NCBI GenBank assembly: GCA_965224245.1
Contig: OZ245046.1
Location: 3,328,001-3,392,000 of the forward strand
Length of the DNA: 64,000 bases
Origin: Candidatus Eiseniibacteriota bacterium
GTDB lineage: Bacteria > Eisenbacteria > RBG-16-71-46 > CAZAMP01
Direction of reading: 5' to 3'
The translations under genes and the position numbers were made by a program. Numbering within the stretch: position 1 is the stretch's first letter; every line of letters starts with the position of its first letter. Of this stretch, positions 49,283 through 57,934 are shown piece by piece. The notes beneath the pieces are model-generated. The model saw only the letters and a program-made list of their open reading frames with translations. It was not told where the DNA came from and made no database searches.

Positions 49283-49627
49283 ATCAGCATCAAACGCCAC
49301 CAGAATGGTGGGTTGCATCGCAACCGTCAGGAAAGTGAAAGATCGGCCCTCCGGAATCACCCGTTGCCATTTCGGTAGGATCAGAAGGGCCGCCGACGGA
49401 GAGAGCCGCATGGCCGTCGAGGTTCGCTGGCGTCCCAACCGCGAGCCTGGTCATCAAGTGTCGGAGCATGCCGGCACACGTTGCATCGCGCACATCCACT
49501 TCGAGTCCACCCGCAGGGTGAAGCGATGCAGGACGGAACCATCGGGCCGCCTCGCGATGGTAGTAAGAGCAGGTCGGACGAAAGCAAACGGCAGCGGACG
49601 GCTTCGACTGACTGGCAGGCGTTGAGA

Positions 49628-49704
49628 TGGAGGGGACTCCGGGGGTTGAACCCGGGACCTCCAGATCCACAATCTGGCGCTCTAACCAGCTGAGCTAAGT
49701 CCCC
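49628..49704 (-). tRNA. tRNA-His (GUG) with encoded CCA; atypical U73, no encoded G-1
   Basis: GGGGACT-TA-GCTC-AGCTGGTTA-GAGC-G-CCAGA-TTGTGGA-TCTGG-AGGTC-CCGGG-TTCAACC-CCCGG-AGTCCCC-T-CCA; all four stems fully paired. Confidence 0.96.
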
Positions 49705-51098
49705 AAGATCGATCTGACCGCGTCGACGACCGCGCCCGGTGCGACCGTCGACTGCGTGCGCGCACGCATGTCCTTCACCTGCACCTGTCCCGCTTCGGCG
49801 TCGTCGGGTCCGATGATCACGACCACCGGGACGCCCTGCCGCGCGGCGTACGAGATCTGTGCCTTGAAGGAGGTGTCTTCGCCCACGTAGATCGACGTGG
49901 CAACACCCGCGCGCCGCAGCTCGCCCGCGAGTCGTTGGTACCCCGGAACGAGCTCCGAGGCGAAGTTGACGATCATCACCTCGGTTACGGTGCGGGCGGA
50001 ATCTAGCATACCGAGGGCTTCCATTCCCGCGAAAAGCCGATCCACCCCGACCGACGTTCCCGTGCACGGCACGGCGGCGTCGGGCATGAACCGGCCGATC
50101 AGCGTGTCGTACCGTCCGCCCGAGTACACCGTCCCGATCTCGCGGCAGTCGTCGAGCACCGCCTCCCAGATGGGACCGGTGTAGTAGTCGAGCCCGCGCG
50201 CGATCGTCGGGTCGATCCGCCAGTCCGAGTCCGGAACGCCCGCGTCCCGTACGTACGCGGCGATGCGCCGCAGCTCGTCGAGCCCCTCACGCCCCAGCGG
50301 AACGTCGCCGAGAAACGTCTCGAGGCCGTCGAGCACGGCACCGATGTCGCCCTCGATCCCGAGGTAGCGCTCGACGAGCCCAATCTGTTCCGGGCTCAGC
50401 CCGAGTCCTCCGCCGTCACCCCCGGGGTCGCCCGAGCTCGCGGGTCGGGCCAGCTCGGCCAGGACGCCCTCGAGACCATCCTTGTCGATCTTGTCGAGCA
50501 CGCGGATCACCGCCGCGACCTCGTCGGGCGAACGGTCGAAGCCGCCCTTGGTGGCGAGCCCGTTCAGGATCTTCCGGTTGTTGACGCGAATCGTGAAGCT
50601 CGTGAAACCGAGCTCGCGGAGCACGGTGCTCATGATCACGATCATCTCGGCGTCGGCGAGCATGTCGCTCGTCCCCACCACGTCCGCGTCGAACTGCAGG
50701 AACTCGCGGAAGCGTCCGAGCTGCGGCTTCTCGCCACGCCACACCGCACCGATCTGGTAACGCTTGAACGGCTTCGGCACGTCCGGGTTCGCGGCCACCA
50801 CGCGGGCCAGCGGCACCGTCAGATCGAACCGGAGCGCGACCTTCTGGTTGGCCTCCTTCGGCTCGCGGCCCAGCCACCCGCCGCCGCGCGAGACGAATGT
50901 CCGGTAGATCAGCTTCTGGGTGTCGGTCTCGCCGCCCATCAGGACGCCCAGTCGCTCGACGGCCGGCGTCTCCAGCGGATCGAACCCGAATCGCTCGTAC
51001 ACGCGCCGGACGCGATCGATGATCGCCATCCGCTGGACCTGTCGGTCCGGCAGGTAGTCGCGGAACCCTCCCGCCAGGAGGGGCTTCACCTTGCTCAC
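49695..51098 (-). CDS. hisS: Histidine--tRNA ligase
   Basis: GFRDYLP, LETPAVE, LRFDLTVPLAR, WRGEKPQLGRFREFLQFDAD, ARGLDYYTG, GGRYD, GVDRL, C-terminal anticodon-binding domain. Confidence 0.97.
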   Translation of the reverse strand: MSKVKPLLAGGFRDYLPDRQVQRMAIIDRVRRVYERFGFDPLETPAVERLGVLMGGETDTQKLIYRTFVSRGGGWLGREPKEANQKVALRFDLTVPLARVVAANPDVPKPFKRYQIGAVWRGEKPQLGRFREFLQFDADVVGTSDMLADAEMIVIMSTVLRELGFTSFTIRVNNRKILNGLATKGGFDRSPDEVAAVIRVLDKIDKDGLEGVLAELARPASSGDPGGDGGGLGLSPEQIGLVERYLGIEGDIGAVLDGLETFLGDVPLGREGLDELRRIAAYVRDAGVPDSDWRIDPTIARGLDYYTGPIWEAVLDDCREIGTVYSGGRYDTLIGRFMPDAAVPCTGTSVGVDRLFAGMEALGMLDSARTVTEVMIVNFASELVPGYQRLAGELRRAGVATSIYVGEDTSFKAQISYAARQGVPVVVIIGPDDAEAGQVQVKDMRARTQSTVAPGAVVDAVRSILGT

Positions 51099-51182
51099 GT
51101 CGGTTCGCTCCGGTTGACCGGCCCCGGGGCCGACCCCGTCCGGTTCGCGGCCCCGTCGATCCGTGGGGTTTTGGAGCGGAGG

Positions 51183-51211
51183 AGAATAGGGCGGCCCCCC
51201 GGGAACGTCAA
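51183..51211 (-). promoter_or_regulatory. Sigma70-like promoter for hisS-tRNA(His): TTGACG-17-TATTCT
   Basis: Minus-strand -35 at 51211-51206 and -10 at 51188-51183, 17-nt spacer. Confidence 0.65.
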
Positions 51212-51246
51212 CTCCGAGCGGGCCACTTGAGGGACCCGGGTCCGCG

Positions 51247-51759
51247 TCAGGGTATCTCCTCGACGGGACCGTGCGTCTCGAGCCACTCCATCAGCATCGT
51301 GTAGACCTCGAAGTAGGTCGCACGGCGGACGGGGTGGGTGTGGTCGAGGAGCGCCTTCGGATCGATCCACGAGAACTCGTCGAACTCCTCGGAGACGGCG
51401 TCTTCCTCAATCTCACCCTCGAGCCTCAGAACGAACCAGATGTGGGATTGGCCGTCGTAGAGGCCGGTCTCCGACCCGCCGGCCCAGACGTAGCGCGTGC
51501 GCCGGGGAAGCAGGCCGAGGATCTTCACCCGCCGCGTGCCCAGCTCCTCGTACAGCTCGCGGAGCACGGCCTCCTCGGCATTCTCGTTCTCGTCCATCCC
51601 CCCCTGGGGGAACTGCCAGTGCGGGGACTCGGAGTCGTTGCGCCGCCCGACGAGGAGCCGACCCGCGGCGTCGAACACGAGCGCGCCCACGGCCGGACGG
51701 AAGCTGGGGCCGCCCTTGCCGAAGTGTGACTCGTCGCTGTTCGTCAGATCCGCCGCCAT
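51247..51759 (-). CDS. rppH: Nudix hydrolase, RNA pyrophosphohydrolase RppH-like
   Basis: FRPAVG, WQFPQGG, Nudix box GMDENENAEEAVLRELYEELG, GQSHIWF, EFDEFSW. Confidence 0.82.
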   Translation of the reverse strand: MAADLTNSDESHFGKGGPSFRPAVGALVFDAAGRLLVGRRNDSESPHWQFPQGGMDENENAEEAVLRELYEELGTRRVKILGLLPRRTRYVWAGGSETGLYDGQSHIWFVLRLEGEIEEDAVSEEFDEFSWIDPKALLDHTHPVRRATYFEVYTMLMEWLETHGPVEEIP

Positions 51760-51919
51760 CGCGCATCACCGTCGTGGGCCCGGGGAAGTCACGCACGGGT
51801 GTCGCGCGGCGCTGGGCCCGGGCCGCGGACACGGCGGCGGTCGCCTCGACGGGATGTCGCACCGGGACCCCGTTAGCTCGTCGCCTGCGTTGCTGGTCGA
51901 TCCGGTTGGGTCGTTCAAC

Positions 51920-51949
51920 AGTATAGCCACTGTGTCTCGGCAGCGGCAA
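51920..51949 (-). promoter_or_regulatory. Putative promoter for rppH: TTGCCG-18-TATACT
   Basis: Minus-strand hexamers at 51949-51944 and 51925-51920. Confidence 0.45.
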
Positions 51950-52038
51950 TTCACCCCGGAGGCGGTCCAAGAGCGCCGAGAACGAAACGGGCGTCGCCTC
52001 CCCGGACACGCTCCGGTACCGGCACGGGCGTCGTCGCC

Positions 52039-52070
52039 TTGACACGCTTTCCCGCGGGCGATTAACTATG
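52039..52070 (+). promoter_or_regulatory. Putative promoter (perfect TTGACA plus AT-rich -10 region) for the gene at 52168
   Basis: TTGACA at 52039-52044; attaactat at 52061-52069. Confidence 0.45.
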
Positions 52071-52167
52071 GCGGCGTCGGTGGATCCCAGCAGAACCGGC
52101 GAACACGGATGCGAGTGTCGACCGGGAGTCGTGTCCGACCCTTCCCCCACCGGAGGCTTTCGCCGAA

Positions 52168-52620
52168 ATGGAGCTCTTTCTGATCGTCGTCGTGGCGGTG
52201 CTGATCCTGTTCCACCTCCACAGTCTCCGCAAGTCGACGGACACGCTCATCCAGCGTCTGGGTGCCTCGGCCCAGGCCCCGCCCTCCGCCATCCGACCCG
52301 AGGAGTTGAATGCACTCCGCTCACGGCTCAACGACGTGCAGTCGGCGGTCACGTCGATCCAGTCGCATCTGGCCGAGATGCGCAAGGACCACGAGATCCT
52401 CGACGAGCTCGAGGAGAACGTCATGCACGAGTGGGCCAAGGTCATCGAGGACAAGCTCGGCAAGCGCCCGATCTTCGTGGCCTGTCCGAAGTGCGGGCAC
52501 GAGGGCGGGCTCGAGCCGAACCTGCTCACCGAGGACGATTCCGAGTACGGCTGCCCCAACTGCGGCTCGATCCTGTCGGTGGAGCTGTTGCGCGAGACGT
52601 ATCCCGACGCGGTCATCTGA
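52168..52620 (+). CDS. Hypothetical protein: N-terminal TM, coiled coil, C-terminal zinc ribbon
   Basis: GGAGG RBS; MELFLIVVVAVLILF; heptad region; CPKC...CPNC. Confidence 0.8.
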   Translation: MELFLIVVVAVLILFHLHSLRKSTDTLIQRLGASAQAPPSAIRPEELNALRSRLNDVQSAVTSIQSHLAEMRKDHEILDELEENVMHEWAKVIEDKLGKRPIFVACPKCGHEGGLEPNLLTEDDSEYGCPNCGSILSVELLRETYPDAVI

Positions 52621-52649
52621 GCGCCGGATCGCGTGAGCGCCCCCGTACG

Positions 52650-54740
52650 CTAGTCCAGGTGCAGTGCGGTGAGCTCGCCGCCGTATCCCTGGAACACGAC
52701 CGCCACCCCCGACTGCACGTACGCCGGGTCCGCGGGTACCCACGCGCCGAGCCATCCGTCCACACGCGCGCGTGAAGGCGAGAGCCGATAGACCCGGCCG
52801 TCGCGACACGGGATGAAGGCGGCCGCGTCGGTGGTCCACACCGCGTGCGGGCGGCCGCCGAGCCGCACGAGCGCATCGGCCTCCCCGGGACGAACGACCC
52901 GCGCCATCGCATCGGGTCCGGCCAGGACCAGCGCGTCGCCCACGACCCCCCAGTGCGTGCGCGGGGGCAGCGGCCGCCGCTCCAGCACCGCGAGCCGGTC
53001 GTCGAGCACCACGAGCGAGTCGGCGGTGGCGGCGATCCAGCGATCGTGACCGCGAACGCCACGCGATCGCGGCGGGAACGCGCCGCCACGCGCCGCCCCG
53101 ATCTCGCCCGACCGGGGATCGACGGCCACGAGCCGGTCACCGGTGCCGACCAGGATCCAGCTCTCGTCCGGGCGCGTTCGCGTGGTGCCCACGGTGTCGA
53201 GCCGGGTCGCCGAGAGCCGGCCCCCGGTTCCGAGATCGACCCGAACGATCTCGCTCCCGTCGATCCCGAGGACGGCGGACTCGCGGGTCACGGCCAGCGG
53301 CGTCCAGACGCGCCGATCGGGGCGCCAGCCCGGCACGCGATCGGGCAGCAGACGCGACCACAGCCGCTTTCCCTTCACGTCGACGGCGAACACACCGCCC
53401 CCATCGAGCGTCCCCACGACGATGTCCGCCTCGCCGCTTGCGTACGTCGCGGACACCGCCGTGAGCTCGGGGCGCCTCCACGCGATCGAGCCCGACTGCC
53501 AGCTTCGCCCGAGGAGGCCGTCGTCGACGGCGTAGACGATTCGCGACCGCACGCTGGAGAACGGTCGCCGGGCATGCGCGCCCTCCACCGTCCACAGGAT
53601 CCGACCGCGCTCCCTCACGCGCTCCGGGTCGAGCGATTCGACCCGAGACAGTGTCACGTCGTCGTCGCGGCGATCGACGTGGAGCCCGTTGTCGAGCGCG
53701 AGCGCATCCACCAGCGCGCCGGGGGTCTGATGTCGTGACGACACAATCGAGCACGGGGCCTCCCGATCCACGAACGCCGCCTTCACGGCCGCCCCGAGCA
53801 CGTCGGTGAGCCGGTCGGTGACCTCGGACAGCGGCACCGACTCGAACGCGGTCGCCACTCTCCCTTCACCATCGGCGAGAACCGGTGCATCGCCGGCTCG
53901 GCGTGCGAGCGCCCACGTGTCCGATGACGCGGGATCGAGCCCCGCGCGCGACACGCGATCGGCCACCGCCGACGGAATGTGCGCCAGAGGAAACGCATCC
54001 ACGAGAACACGCCGGAGCCACCCCGCGATGCCGGGCTGCCCCAGACGCTCCGCGAGCGCCACGACGAGGGCGCCCTCTCCGGCCGAGAGCGTGCGAAGGG
54101 TGTACCCGCCCGGGTCCCCCGCGGCGACGGCGCCCATGGCGCGAGCGGCCTCGGCGAGCCGTCCGCCGACGTGCGCGGCGATACGTTCGATGCGCGGCCC
54201 ATCCGGCGCCGGAAACGACAGCGTCCAGTCGTCGGGCAACGTGGCCACGACGCGTCCGCCGGTGATGGCCGCGGACAGCACGGCGGGATCGTTCAGAAGG
54301 AAGTGTCCGAGCTTGCGCTCGAGCGTCGCGGCGTCACCGCCGTCGCCCAGCTCGCTCAGCACGAACGCGACCACGCGGAACGCGAGCCCCCGCGCGGCGT
54401 GCGCGCCGGCGGGGCCGCTCACGAAGACCGACCGGCCGTCGAGCGGACCGGATCCGAGCTCGATGCTCTCGGGCGTCGACGCGAAGCCGAACATCGTCAC
54501 CAGCTCGGGGTCCCGGCGAACGACGAACGCGCCCACCGTCACCGACGGCGGATCGACCGTGTAGCGCAGGGTGGCGGGGGCATCGATCCAGCGTCCGTCG
54601 ATCAGGAACGTTCCGGCACCGACCTCCCGGCTGAGCGAGAGCGGGTCGCGGGCGCCGGCCGGCTCCGCGATCCACGGCGCGAGGGCCGCGACCACGAGCA
54701 CGGCCGCCGCCCGGCGAGGCGCGCCGGCGTGATCGAGCAT
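52650..54740 (-). CDS. Hypothetical exported protein with possible STN-like domain and PQQ/BamB-like beta-propeller
   Basis: Signal peptide from MLDHAGAPRR; FESVPLSEV...ALALDNGL segment; VVGTLDGGGVFAVDVKGKRLW and LVAVDPRSGE repeats. Confidence 0.62.
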   Translation of the reverse strand: MLDHAGAPRRAAAVLVVAALAPWIAEPAGARDPLSLSREVGAGTFLIDGRWIDAPATLRYTVDPPSVTVGAFVVRRDPELVTMFGFASTPESIELGSGPLDGRSVFVSGPAGAHAARGLAFRVVAFVLSELGDGGDAATLERKLGHFLLNDPAVLSAAITGGRVVATLPDDWTLSFPAPDGPRIERIAAHVGGRLAEAARAMGAVAAGDPGGYTLRTLSAGEGALVVALAERLGQPGIAGWLRRVLVDAFPLAHIPSAVADRVSRAGLDPASSDTWALARRAGDAPVLADGEGRVATAFESVPLSEVTDRLTDVLGAAVKAAFVDREAPCSIVSSRHQTPGALVDALALDNGLHVDRRDDDVTLSRVESLDPERVRERGRILWTVEGAHARRPFSSVRSRIVYAVDDGLLGRSWQSGSIAWRRPELTAVSATYASGEADIVVGTLDGGGVFAVDVKGKRLWSRLLPDRVPGWRPDRRVWTPLAVTRESAVLGIDGSEIVRVDLGTGGRLSATRLDTVGTTRTRPDESWILVGTGDRLVAVDPRSGEIGAARGGAFPPRSRGVRGHDRWIAATADSLVVLDDRLAVLERRPLPPRTHWGVVGDALVLAGPDAMARVVRPGEADALVRLGGRPHAVWTTDAAAFIPCRDGRVYRLSPSRARVDGWLGAWVPADPAYVQSGVAVVFQGYGGELTALHLD

Positions 54741-54802
54741 GGCTCTCAGGAAACAGGAGATTCTCACAGCCCTCGGATTGGACGATGTGAGCCGGTCCGC
54801 GA

Positions 54803-57800
54803 TCAGTACCCGAACAGGAACCCGAAGTAGAACTTCCAGTCCTTGGTGGTCAGCTCGCCACCGGCGTCGCCGCTCTCGTCGGTGATCGTATTCGGGATCG
54901 GGACGCGATCCAAGGAATAGGCCCCCTCGACGTACAGGCGCGCCGGGAAGGTGTTGAAGTTGACCATGTCCAGGCGCAGCTCGAAGCCGACGTCCCGCAC
55001 GAGATCGCGGGCCAGCTTCTGGCGCTTGATGTCGTCCCAGATCGGACGCTCCCAGACCAGACCCGCCTCGTAGAACACTCCGGCGTAGAGTCGTTCCAGG
55101 TGAAACTGCAGAAGCCGGCGATCGATCTTCGGGAGCACGGGGAAGCGATACGTCGCGCGACCCAGCCCGTAGGCCCGCCCCTCCAGCGTGTAGTACGTGT
55201 AGCCGCGGAGCCCCGGCCGCGACCCGACACGGAACCAGAAGAAGTCGTCGACGCGCTCGGAGATCCACCCGCCCTGGAGGCGTGCCTCGAACGCGTGCGA
55301 CCCGTAGGGCAGCCCACGCGATTGCTGCATGACGCCCGAGATCTGGTGGAACGTGTTGTCGTCGTACAGCGTGGTCACGATGCCCGCGTCGTCCACCTCG
55401 CGGTTGCCGCTCGGAGACAGGTCGTTGTTCGAGAACACGTACTGGAGCGCGTACGACGATCCGACGGGGTTGATCTCCGCGTCCAGTCGCCGCGCCGCCT
55501 GGCGCCGCGTCCACGACACGACCACGTCCCGTCCCCGGTAGTAGTCCCAGCCGTCCTTGGGCAGGATCAGGAACTGACCGTCGTCGAGGAGATCGTCCAC
55601 CGGTGTGAGCTTGGTGACCGCGAGGTTCAGGTGGCTCTTCGAGTACCGGAAGCGCGCGGAGAGCTCCGAGTAGAAGTACGGCGAGTAGAGGCTGCCGTTC
55701 TCCAGCCGCAGACCCACGTCGACCTCGAGCGCGTCGTAGCGGAGGTCCAGATCCCACCTCCGCTCGAGGCCCTCGAGCTTGGCGTCGATCGCGTCCTCTC
55801 GGTGCTTTCGGATCCAGAAGCCCTCGGCGAAGAGCGTCGGCCAGAACAGCCGGTTCTCGTAGATCGCGAACAGATCGAAGTCGCCGTTGGTACCCGCCGC
55901 GAGCCCCCCGAAGATGGACTGCTTGTCGAGAACGTCGTTCGTGCTGGCGTACAGGCCGAGCTTAACGCGGCCCTCGTCCACGACGACCCGTGGCGAGACG
56001 AGGAAGCGCGAGAACTGTCCGCGGTACGGATGCGGATCCACGTCGATCGTGACCGGGGTGATCCGGGCCACGTCCCGCTCCAGCGGCTCGAAGCGCTCGA
56101 TGGGCTCGTTCAGCGCGTCGTCGATCGGCATCACGTGAATCTTGTAGCCGTCCGACGTGAAGCTCGCGAACGCGAGCAAGCGCCCGTCCGGGCTGAGTGC
56201 CGGGTACAGGGCGCCGCCGACGACGTTGGTGAGCCGGGTCGTCCGCATCGTCTCGAAGTCGAGCCGGTAGACGTCGAACTTGCTGAACCCGCTCGCGGGC
56301 GTGTCGGACGTGAACAGGATCGCCGCGTCGGAGGGATGCACGAAAGGCATCCGGTCGTCGGCGGGACTCGCGAACAGGGGCTCCGGCTCGACCGGCACCG
56401 GCGCGAACGCCTCCAGGCGCACGATGTCGCGCGTCTCGCCCTGACGCACCGACCCTCCCGAGTCGAACGCGTCGACGATCAGCGAGAGGCCGTCGACCGA
56501 CCACTTCGGCGCGTAGTACTGGCGGCCGAACGGCGAGTCGGTGATGACGGTCACGTTCGCGTTCTCCTCCTCGGCCGGAAGATCGACCAGCACGACGTCG
56601 TTGGTGCCGTCGGCGTTGTACACGGCCGCGATCTTCGTCCCGTCCGGAGAGACCGCCGGATCGCGAAGCCGGGCGCCGCGCGTGAGGCGCGTCTCCTCCT
56701 CGCTCTCGAGGTCGTACCGGTAGAGGTCGAAGTAGAGGGAGCCGAAGCGGTCCTTCTCGGCACGCTTCGCGTAGTACACCGACTTCCCGTCGGGCGCCCA
56801 GTCGAAGCCGCCGGCCACGCCGGGCGCCAGCAGCTCGGTCGGGGCATCCTCGCCGTCGGCCGGCGCGACGTCGCGAACGACCAGCGATCCCCGGTGGAAG
56901 GGGCTTCCGCCGTTGCTGATCCAGGCCAGGCGCCTTCCGTCCGGAGAGAACAGCGGGTGGATGTTGTACGTGCCGGCCTGGTCACCCTCGAAGGGGGTGC
57001 CCGAGCGCTCGGTGGGGCGCACCCGCGCCGCCTGCGCCTCCGCCGTGGCCTCGACTTCGGCCCGCCACTCCCGGTACAGCTCCGCCCCGGACTTGCCCGT
57101 GGCCTTCTCGAACGCCCCCTCCGGGGTCAGCCGGAACGGACTCCGGAGTCCCTCGATGATCTCGCGAAGCGAGGCTTCCCCGTACTCTCGCGCGATGTAG
57201 CGCGTCATGCTGAACCCGTGGTCGTACACCATCTCGCTGCAGAGGGTGCCCTTGAACAGCGACATCTCGTCGTACGTCAGGAGCGTTCCGTCGAGAGCCG
57301 CCACCCGGACGATCATGTCGCGGTGCGCGTCCCACTGGTCGAGGTGGGTGTCCGACGTCATGTACTGCGCGCTGCCCTCGGCGAACCACGCCGGCACCTG
57401 TACGCCGCTGTACGGATACGAGGCGATGCGGTTGGGATAGCCCGTCAGGACGTCGGTGCGGCGCTCGTCCTCGTAGTCGAACCACTGGAGGTACACCGCC
57501 GGCACGTTGGTCGGCGTGCGCTGCGATGCCTGGATGTTGACCATGTGCGTGAACTCGTGGGTGATCACGTTCCAGAGCCACTGCGTCGTGCCTCGCAGAT
57601 CGAACTCGAGGTTCGTGGCCCAGATGGCCATCTTGCCGTCGAAGAAGTAGGCCGAGCCGTTGGCGTAGTCCTCGTAGTCCCCCAGGATGAGGTGCGTCTT
57701 CTTGGCGGGCTCCCAGTCGTAGAGCCCCGTGATGCGGGGGTAGATCGTCTCGGCGATGATGGCGGCCTGGCGGGCGGTCTCGTCCACGCCGTCGTGGTAG

Positions 57801-57934
57801 TGCACGATGAAGTGGTCGGTCTCGAACGTGAGCCAGTCGAGCTCGCTGTGGTTCTGCGCGCGCGCCGGGCGCGCGAGATGGCACGCGGCCAGAGCGAGCA
57901 GCGCCACGGCGAGCGCGCGAGCCGCTCCCCTCAC
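54803..57934 (-). CDS. Outer-membrane protein: gluzincin/peptidase MA-like domain + PD40/TolB propeller + Omp85-like beta-barrel
   Basis: ITHEFTH...WFAEG; SPDG/WAPDG repeats; GLRGY motif; C-terminal FYFGFLFGY beta signal. Confidence 0.82.
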   Translation of the reverse strand: MRGAARALAVALLALAACHLARPARAQNHSELDWLTFETDHFIVHYHDGVDETARQAAIIAETIYPRITGLYDWEPAKKTHLILGDYEDYANGSAYFFDGKMAIWATNLEFDLRGTTQWLWNVITHEFTHMVNIQASQRTPTNVPAVYLQWFDYEDERRTDVLTGYPNRIASYPYSGVQVPAWFAEGSAQYMTSDTHLDQWDAHRDMIVRVAALDGTLLTYDEMSLFKGTLCSEMVYDHGFSMTRYIAREYGEASLREIIEGLRSPFRLTPEGAFEKATGKSGAELYREWRAEVEATAEAQAARVRPTERSGTPFEGDQAGTYNIHPLFSPDGRRLAWISNGGSPFHRGSLVVRDVAPADGEDAPTELLAPGVAGGFDWAPDGKSVYYAKRAEKDRFGSLYFDLYRYDLESEEETRLTRGARLRDPAVSPDGTKIAAVYNADGTNDVVLVDLPAEEENANVTVITDSPFGRQYYAPKWSVDGLSLIVDAFDSGGSVRQGETRDIVRLEAFAPVPVEPEPLFASPADDRMPFVHPSDAAILFTSDTPASGFSKFDVYRLDFETMRTTRLTNVVGGALYPALSPDGRLLAFASFTSDGYKIHVMPIDDALNEPIERFEPLERDVARITPVTIDVDPHPYRGQFSRFLVSPRVVVDEGRVKLGLYASTNDVLDKQSIFGGLAAGTNGDFDLFAIYENRLFWPTLFAEGFWIRKHREDAIDAKLEGLERRWDLDLRYDALEVDVGLRLENGSLYSPYFYSELSARFRYSKSHLNLAVTKLTPVDDLLDDGQFLILPKDGWDYYRGRDVVVSWTRRQAARRLDAEINPVGSSYALQYVFSNNDLSPSGNREVDDAGIVTTLYDDNTFHQISGVMQQSRGLPYGSHAFEARLQGGWISERVDDFFWFRVGSRPGLRGYTYYTLEGRAYGLGRATYRFPVLPKIDRRLLQFHLERLYAGVFYEAGLVWERPIWDDIKRQKLARDLVRDVGFELRLDMVNFNTFPARLYVEGAYSLDRVPIPNTITDESGDAGGELTTKDWKFYFGFLFGY

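Noticed and set aside
49241-49300. Integron attC site or LexA box
   Set aside because: GTT/AAC are in the opposite order to attC (RYYYAAC...GTTRRRY); CGAAC...GTTCG spacing is 16 nt, not 4.
43000-49650. Intact genomic island integrated at tRNA-His
   Set aside because: I found no duplicate of the tRNA 3' end and no integrase in the window; kept only as a weak islet inference.
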